Shown piece by piece: positions 59,028 to 64,000 of a DNA stretch of 64,000 bases; position 1 is the stretch's first letter, and every line of letters begins with the position of its first letter. A model generated the notes under the pieces. It made no database searches and was not told where the DNA came from. It was given only the letters and a program-made list of their open reading frames with translations. Source of the stretch: an uncultured Haliangium sp. GTDB lineage: Bacteria; Pseudomonadota; Gammaproteobacteria; GCA-001735895. Location of the stretch: the NCBI GenBank assembly GCA_964195735.1, contig CAXMQY010000061.1, forward strand, positions 1,131 through 65,130. The letters run 5' to 3'. The translations under genes and the position numbers were made by a program.

Positions 59028-60425
59028 TCAGGGGAGCTCGAATTCCTGGTGCAAGCCCGGAATCTCCACGCGGCTGTTGTCGATTTTCGACGCCAGCGCA
59101 CGCATGCTCTTTTCCTCGCCGTGGACCAGGTAGGTCGTTCGCGGCTTGCCGGTGTGTGCATGCCAGGCGAGCAATTCCGCCTGGTCGGCATGGGCTGAAA
59201 AACCGCCGATGGTATGGACGCTGGCACGCACATCGATTTGCTCGCCGAATATCGAAACCCGGCTGGCGCCATCGACGATACGCCTGGCCAGCGTGCCCTG
59301 CGCCGCGAAACCGACAAAGACGATACTATTGCGTTTGCTCCACAGGTTGTGCTTGAGGTGATGGCGCACCCGGCCGCCGGTACACATGCCCGAACCCGCC
59401 ATGATCACGGCGCCGCCATCGACCCGATTGATTGCCATCGACTCGCCCGTCTCGCGAGTGAAATGCAGGCCCGGGAATTCGAAGGGGTCGCGCCCTTTAG
59501 TCGACAGTTCGAGTGTCTCCGTGTCGAAGCACTCCGGGTGACGCTCGAATATCCGGGTCGCGGAAATAGCCATCGGCGAATCCAGGAATACGTTGATGTA
59601 GCGTGCGATAAGCCCGTTTTGCACGCCTTCGCGCAGGTAATAAAGGACCTCCTGGGCACGCTCGAGCGCAAAGGTAGGGATAATGACATTGCCGCCACGG
59701 CCCATGGTCGTGTTGATCACGTCGTAAAGCTCGTCGATCGACGGTTGCAACTGCTTGTGCAAGCGATCGCCGTAGGTGGATTCCATCACCACCGTGTCGA
59801 CCGCCGGTGGCCTGGCCGGGTCGCGTAGTATTGCGCGCCCACCGTAGCCGAGATCACCGGAAAAAAGCAGCCGATGCGAATGCCCGCTTTCTTCCAGTTC
59901 GAAGAAAATACTGGCGGAGCCGAGGATATGTCCGGCATCGAGAAAAGTCGCCCGAATACCCGGCGCCAGTTCCAGGGGTTTATCGTAAGCGGCCTTGCGT
60001 CCGAAAAACTCAAGGCTGTTGAGCGCATCCAGTATGGTATAGAGCGGTTCTTCAGGCTTTTGACGCTTACCGTGCCGACGCCTGGCGCGACGCGCCTGGT
60101 AGCGCGCCTCCTCTTCCTGCAGGCCGGCGGCATCCAGCAATATCAGCCTTGCCAGCTCGACCGACGCCGGAGTCGTGATGATTTCGCCATCGAAGCCCTG
60201 CTTGACCAGCAGGGGTATGCGCCCGCAATGGTCCAGGTGCGCATGCGTCAGCAGCAGGAAATCGATGGTGGTCGGATCGAAACCCAGCGGCTCGGCATTT
60301 TCCTCGACCAGTTCACGCCCGCCCTGGTACATGCCGCAATCGACGAGAATGCGCTTGCCCGCGCACTCGACCAGGTGGCAGGAGCCGGTAACGCCCTGGT
60401 CGGCCCCGTGGAATGAAATTTTCAT
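59028..60425 (-). CDS. MBL-fold beta-CASP family nuclease (RNA-metabolising metallo-beta-lactamase)
   Basis: 465 aa. It begins MKISFHGADQGVTGSCHLVECAGKRILVDCGMYQG and carries the LLLTHAHLDHCGRIP motif. Beta-CASP and C-terminal RNA-specificity regions are present. A strong AAGGAG lies 5 nt upstream of the ATG. Confidence 0.8.
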   Translation of the reverse strand: MKISFHGADQGVTGSCHLVECAGKRILVDCGMYQGGRELVEENAEPLGFDPTTIDFLLLTHAHLDHCGRIPLLVKQGFDGEIITTPASVELARLILLDAAGLQEEEARYQARRARRRHGKRQKPEEPLYTILDALNSLEFFGRKAAYDKPLELAPGIRATFLDAGHILGSASIFFELEESGHSHRLLFSGDLGYGGRAILRDPARPPAVDTVVMESTYGDRLHKQLQPSIDELYDVINTTMGRGGNVIIPTFALERAQEVLYYLREGVQNGLIARYINVFLDSPMAISATRIFERHPECFDTETLELSTKGRDPFEFPGLHFTRETGESMAINRVDGGAVIMAGSGMCTGGRVRHHLKHNLWSKRNSIVFVGFAAQGTLARRIVDGASRVSIFGEQIDVRASVHTIGGFSAHADQAELLAWHAHTGKPRTTYLVHGEEKSMRALASKIDNSRVEIPGLHQEFELP

Positions 60426-60687
60426 GTTGCTCCTTTACCTGATGGCTGTTGTTACGCGCTAGCCAATCGAACCCTGCAGGCTTGCCTCGCGGCGCATCAA
60501 ACGATGTTACTCGAACCCGGGGTAATGCGTGCTTGTCCTGGGTCAACGTTTTACAGGAGTAGCTACGCGTTTCATCATACCCGCCCCGGCGACGCCTTAC
60601 AGGTATCTATAATCTGGCATATAATTGCATTATTTACCGAAATCTATAGTATTTCCGTAAATTATGCACTTGCAGACATATTAAATC

Positions 60688-61395
60688 ATGCAGGATTTCT
60701 CGGATGCCTTCGGCCTCGCGTTTTCACTGATCCTGGGCGCGGATGCCGATCTGATCGAAATCATCGGCCTGTCGCTGCGGGTCAGCCTGTCGGCTGTCGT
60801 GCTCTCGGCCCTGATCGGCTTGCCGCTCGGCGCGCTGCTCGCGGTAGTGCGCTTTCCCGGGCGCCAGTTTCTCGCGGTGTTGCTCAACGCGCTGATGGGC
60901 TTGCCGCCGGTAGTGGTGGGGCTGCTGGTTTACATGGCGATTTCTCGCGCCGGCCCGCTCGGCTGGCTCGGCCTGCTGTACACGCCGACGGCGATGATCA
61001 TCGCGCAAACCATACTCGTAACCCCGATCATCGCGGCATTAACACGCCAGGTCGTCGAGGACATGCACAAGGAGTACGACGAACAATTTCGCTCGCTGTG
61101 CCTGCCGGCGCCGCGGGTGATCAGCGCGCTTATCTGGGATTCCCGTTATAGCCTGCTCACGGTAACCCTGGCCGGATTCGGCCGCGCCATCGCCGAAGTC
61201 GGCGCGGTCATCATCGTCGGCGGCAATATCGATCACCTGACGCGGGTGATGACGACCGCGATCGCACTGGAAACCTCGAAAGGGGACCTGGCGCTGGCGC
61301 TGGCGCTCGGCGTCATCCTGCTGATCCTGGCGCTCGCGGTGAACGCGGCGGTATTCGGCCTGCGCTCGAGCGCGAAAAGCCTGGCCTATGCCTGA
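60688..61395 (+). CDS. tupB: ABC transporter permease (tungstate TupB-like)
   Basis: 235-aa polytopic protein of the binding-protein-dependent transport inner-membrane component type. It is in an operon with tupC and tupA. Confidence 0.7.
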   Translation: MQDFSDAFGLAFSLILGADADLIEIIGLSLRVSLSAVVLSALIGLPLGALLAVVRFPGRQFLAVLLNALMGLPPVVVGLLVYMAISRAGPLGWLGLLYTPTAMIIAQTILVTPIIAALTRQVVEDMHKEYDEQFRSLCLPAPRVISALIWDSRYSLLTVTLAGFGRAIAEVGAVIIVGGNIDHLTRVMTTAIALETSKGDLALALALGVILLILALAVNAAVFGLRSSAKSLAYA

Positions 61396-62134
61396 CGCCT
61401 CCGCACCAGCGCTGCCCTCCCCGGAGACATCCTTGTTGCCGCTCCAGGTTTCATCGCTGTGCTTTCGCGTGGACCGCGAAGCTCTGCTCGACAACATCGA
61501 CGTAACCGTCGCGAGCCCGGGTATTACCGCAATCATGGGGCCGAACGGCGCGGGCAAGAGTCTGTTGCTGCGCTTGATCCACGGACTGCTGAGCCCGAGT
61601 TCCGGGCAGATCCTGTGGAATGGCCGCGATCTCGACCTCGAAACACGGCGCCGCCAGGCAATGGTGTTTCAGAAACCGGTGTTGATGCGCCGTTCGGTTG
61701 CCGCGAACATCGATTTCGTATTGAAAGCCGGGGATGGCCGCGACCGGCAACGCCGCGACGATATCTTGCATCAGGCCGGATTGTTTCGTCAGCGCAACCA
61801 GCCCGCACGGCTGCTCTCGGGCGGCGAACAGCAGCGCCTCGCGCTGGCGCGCGCACTCGCCACCGGGCCCGAAGTGCTGTTGCTGGACGAGCCCTGCGCC
61901 AGCATCGACCCCGGCGCGACGCTGCAGATCGAACACTTGCTGCAGCAGGCACGCGAGCGAGGCCTCAAGATCATGCTGGTAACCCACGACATCGGTCAGG
62001 CGCGCCGACTCGCCGACGACATCCTGTTCATGCATAACGGCCGCCTGCTCGAGTACAGGCCCGCCCAGGACTTTTTCAACAACCCGGAAAGCACAGCCGC
62101 ACGCGCCTACCTCGAAGGCAAACTCGTGCTGTAA
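61388..62134 (+). CDS. tupC: ABC transporter ATP-binding protein (TupC-like)
   Basis: 248 aa with Walker A GPNGAGKSLLLRL, signature LSGGEQQRLALARAL and Walker B LLLDEP. Confidence 0.8.
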   Translation: MPDASAPALPSPETSLLPLQVSSLCFRVDREALLDNIDVTVASPGITAIMGPNGAGKSLLLRLIHGLLSPSSGQILWNGRDLDLETRRRQAMVFQKPVLMRRSVAANIDFVLKAGDGRDRQRRDDILHQAGLFRQRNQPARLLSGGEQQRLALARALATGPEVLLLDEPCASIDPGATLQIEHLLQQARERGLKIMLVTHDIGQARRLADDILFMHNGRLLEYRPAQDFFNNPESTAARAYLEGKLVL

Positions 62135-62174
62135 CCGGCCAATCCGACATTTATCGCTTTAGGAAAACAACAAC

Positions 62175-63002
62175 ATGAAGATTGATCCTCACAAAGCCCT
62201 GGTGGCCATTTGCCTTGCGCTCAGCGTGGCGGTTGCGTCGGGCTGGGTGCATGCCGAGTCGATCATCGTGCAGTCGACGACGTCGACCGCGAACTCGGGT
62301 CTGTACGATCACCTGCTGCCACAGGTTCAGAAAGATACCGGCGTCACCGTGCACGTGGTCGCGGTCGGTACCGGGCAGGCGATCAAGAATGCGATGAACT
62401 GCGACGGCGACGTATTGCTGGTTCACGCCAGGGCGTCGGAACAGAAATTTATCGATGCCGGTTACGGCCTGTCTCGTGCCGACGTGATGTACAACGACTT
62501 CGTTTTCGTCGGTCCTCCATCGGACCCGGCCGGAATCAATGGCGGCAATTCCGCAACCGACGCGCTGATCAGAATTGCCGATTCCAAGTCGAAATTTGCA
62601 TCGCGCGGCGACAACTCCGGCACCTACAAGAAAGAAATGGAGCTGTGGAAAAAGGCCGCTATCAAGCCATTAAGCGGCAGTGGTGACTGGTACCTCGAAA
62701 CCGGCTCGGGCATGGGCGCGACCCTGAATGCCGCGATCGGCAGCGGCGCCTACACCATGACCGACCGCGCGACCTGGATCAGCTTCAAGAATCGGCAGGA
62801 TTTCAACGTCCTGGTCGAGGGCGATGCCAGCCTGTTCAACCAGTACGGCATCATCATGGTGAATCCCGAGAAGTGCGACAACGTCAAACGCGACGCCGCG
62901 CAAAAGTTCATCGACTGGGTGTTGTCGGAAAAGGGACAGGCCGCAATCGGATCCTATCAGCTCGACGGCCAGCAACTGTTCTTTCCGAACGCAGGGATGT
63001 AA
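62175..63002 (+). CDS. tupA: periplasmic tungstate-binding protein (TupA-like)
   Basis: 275 aa with a signal peptide and the TupA anion-binding motif VQSTTSTANSGL. Confidence 0.75.
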   Translation: MKIDPHKALVAICLALSVAVASGWVHAESIIVQSTTSTANSGLYDHLLPQVQKDTGVTVHVVAVGTGQAIKNAMNCDGDVLLVHARASEQKFIDAGYGLSRADVMYNDFVFVGPPSDPAGINGGNSATDALIRIADSKSKFASRGDNSGTYKKEMELWKKAAIKPLSGSGDWYLETGSGMGATLNAAIGSGAYTMTDRATWISFKNRQDFNVLVEGDASLFNQYGIIMVNPEKCDNVKRDAAQKFIDWVLSEKGQAAIGSYQLDGQQLFFPNAGM

Positions 63003-63040
63003 TCGCTGGAAAGTAATCACTGGAAAGTAATGGCCGCGCT

Positions 63041-63913
63041 TTACTCGCGACTGTTGTAATGCACGCAGAACTGGTCGTCGATATCGTATCCGGCCAGTTC
63101 CGACGCGTATTGCCTGAATTCGGGTAAACGGCAAAACTCGACCAGGGATTGCCAGGTCGGCTCGAACCATGCCTGGCGCTGCAGCAGTATGTCGTAGCGT
63201 TCGTCGATCACCGCGACAAAGTCGAGCCGGTACTGACTCGCCAGCGTCGCCAGCCCGAAGGTCGCATCCGCACGGCCCTCGACTACCTCGATCACCGCGT
63301 CCACCTCGCTGCGCGCAGCCTGTGTCCAGTCGAGCGCGGTGGCATCGACCCCCCGTTGCTGCAACAGTGCCTCCAGCAATACCTGGCTGCCGGCCTCGGC
63401 CTGGCGTGGCACCACTTTTCGACCCCGCAGGTCGTCGAGGCCCGCGCAATCGGCAGCTGCTCCCTGCGCCAGAATGATGCCGCGCGCGCGTTTCGCCCAT
63501 TCCACCAAAACCACGGGCGCCTGCGCAAAGCGGGTTTCCACCGCCGCGCTGTTCCAGTCATCGGCGGCCGCGTCGTAGAGGTGCAGGCCGGTGGCGATGC
63601 CTTCACCCTTGGCAAAGCGGGAGAGCCCGTCGAGGCTGCTGTCGAAGTAACTGGCGAGGCCACAGCGCGACGCGCGCAGGGCCCATTCCAGCAACGGGTC
63701 ATGACTACCAACGATCACCTGTGGGCGCGCCGCGGCCGGAGCGGGGCTTGATGCATTGCGCGCCAGCCATTCATCGATGCCCTTGCGCGGAAACAGCAGT
63801 TTGCCGGTGGCGCGCGAACAGGGTACCGCGCCGGAGGCCGCAAGATCGTATACCTTACGCTCCTTGATGCGCAGCAATTCGGCCAGTTCCCGGGTCGTGA
63901 GATATTCGTTCAA
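63041..63913 (-). CDS. transcriptional regulator: excisionase/MerR-type HTH + periplasmic-binding-protein-like oxyanion domain
   Basis: 290 aa. The N-terminal MNEYLTTRELAELLRIKERKVYDLAASGAVP HTH is followed by a PBP-like domain. It is convergent with tupA. Confidence 0.7.
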   Translation of the reverse strand: MNEYLTTRELAELLRIKERKVYDLAASGAVPCSRATGKLLFPRKGIDEWLARNASSPAPAAARPQVIVGSHDPLLEWALRASRCGLASYFDSSLDGLSRFAKGEGIATGLHLYDAAADDWNSAAVETRFAQAPVVLVEWAKRARGIILAQGAAADCAGLDDLRGRKVVPRQAEAGSQVLLEALLQQRGVDATALDWTQAARSEVDAVIEVVEGRADATFGLATLASQYRLDFVAVIDERYDILLQRQAWFEPTWQSLVEFCRLPEFRQYASELAGYDIDDQFCVHYNSRE

Positions 63914-64000
63914 GCGGATTCTATCGGTTAGGCAATCCGGTCAATCTAGCATAGCGCGGCAGGCGGTGAAAGCGCGCAGGCCTACAGCTTGCTGCCCACT

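Noticed and set aside
60534-60547. An FNR/Anr-like box (TTGAC-N4-GACAA on the minus strand) about 110 bp upstream of the beta-CASP gene.
   Set aside because: Only one good half-site matches TTGAT-N4-ATCAA. The match is too degenerate to call without comparative evidence.
60426-60687. A Moco or tungsten-cofactor riboswitch upstream of tupB.
   Set aside because: I could not find the conserved Moco-motif helices or loops. The proximal leader is AT-rich and unstructured-looking, which is more consistent with protein-operator control.

Overview
This is a 64-kb chromosomal segment from a high-GC proteobacterium. Protein motifs most resemble gammaproteobacterial homologues, but that placement is inference only. 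I support about 55 coding genes, one canonical tRNA-Gly(CCC), one degenerate tRNA-Gly(CCC)-like gene, three disrupted genes and several repeat families. I saw no CRISPR array, integrase, transposase or rRNA. The content falls into four blocks. (1) 0-35 kb is a mosaic for methylated-amine and one-carbon catabolism. It holds two LysR-controlled units, each pairing a flavoprotein with a non-pyrrolysine MttB-family methyltransferase (a TMADH/OYE-like protein in one, a dimethylglycine-dehydrogenase-like protein in the other). It also holds glyA, a fused hydantoinase/oxoprolinase and a GMC choline-dehydrogenase-like gene. Interspersed are polB, a SAM-cyclase-STAND-TPR protein, a zeta-toxin-like P-loop protein, a cytochrome P460-like gene and an amber-interrupted dcyD. 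(2) 35-39 kb carries envelope genes (a GT9 glycosyltransferase and a PLD-family lipoprotein). (3) 39-46.3 kb is a visibly more AT-rich block directly 3' of tRNA-Gly. It carries three outer-membrane beta-barrel genes, the tRNA-like gene, a metallophosphoesterase and a CDP-archaeol-synthase-family gene. (4) 47.4-60.4 kb is a 13-kb co-directional gene string. A complete N-type ATPase operon (atpDCQRBEFAG order) is preceded by ftsH, an 85-aa helical protein, a PRPP-synthetase-like gene, an archaeal-type nucleotide/thymidine-phosphorylase-like gene and a beta-CASP MBL nuclease. A tupBCA tungstate transporter and its regulator follow. My best candidates for undescribed biology are listed here. All of them are hypotheses from reading the sequence only.
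- The beta-CASP / phosphorylase / Prs-like / FtsH module fused to the N-ATPase operon.
- The corrinoid-partner-less MttB-flavoprotein pairs.
- A 184-bp hairpin whose arm contains the mttB start codon.
- A chimeric zinc-ribbon/TM2/pilin-like membrane protein in an AT-rich insert.
- The in-frame TAG in dcyD.
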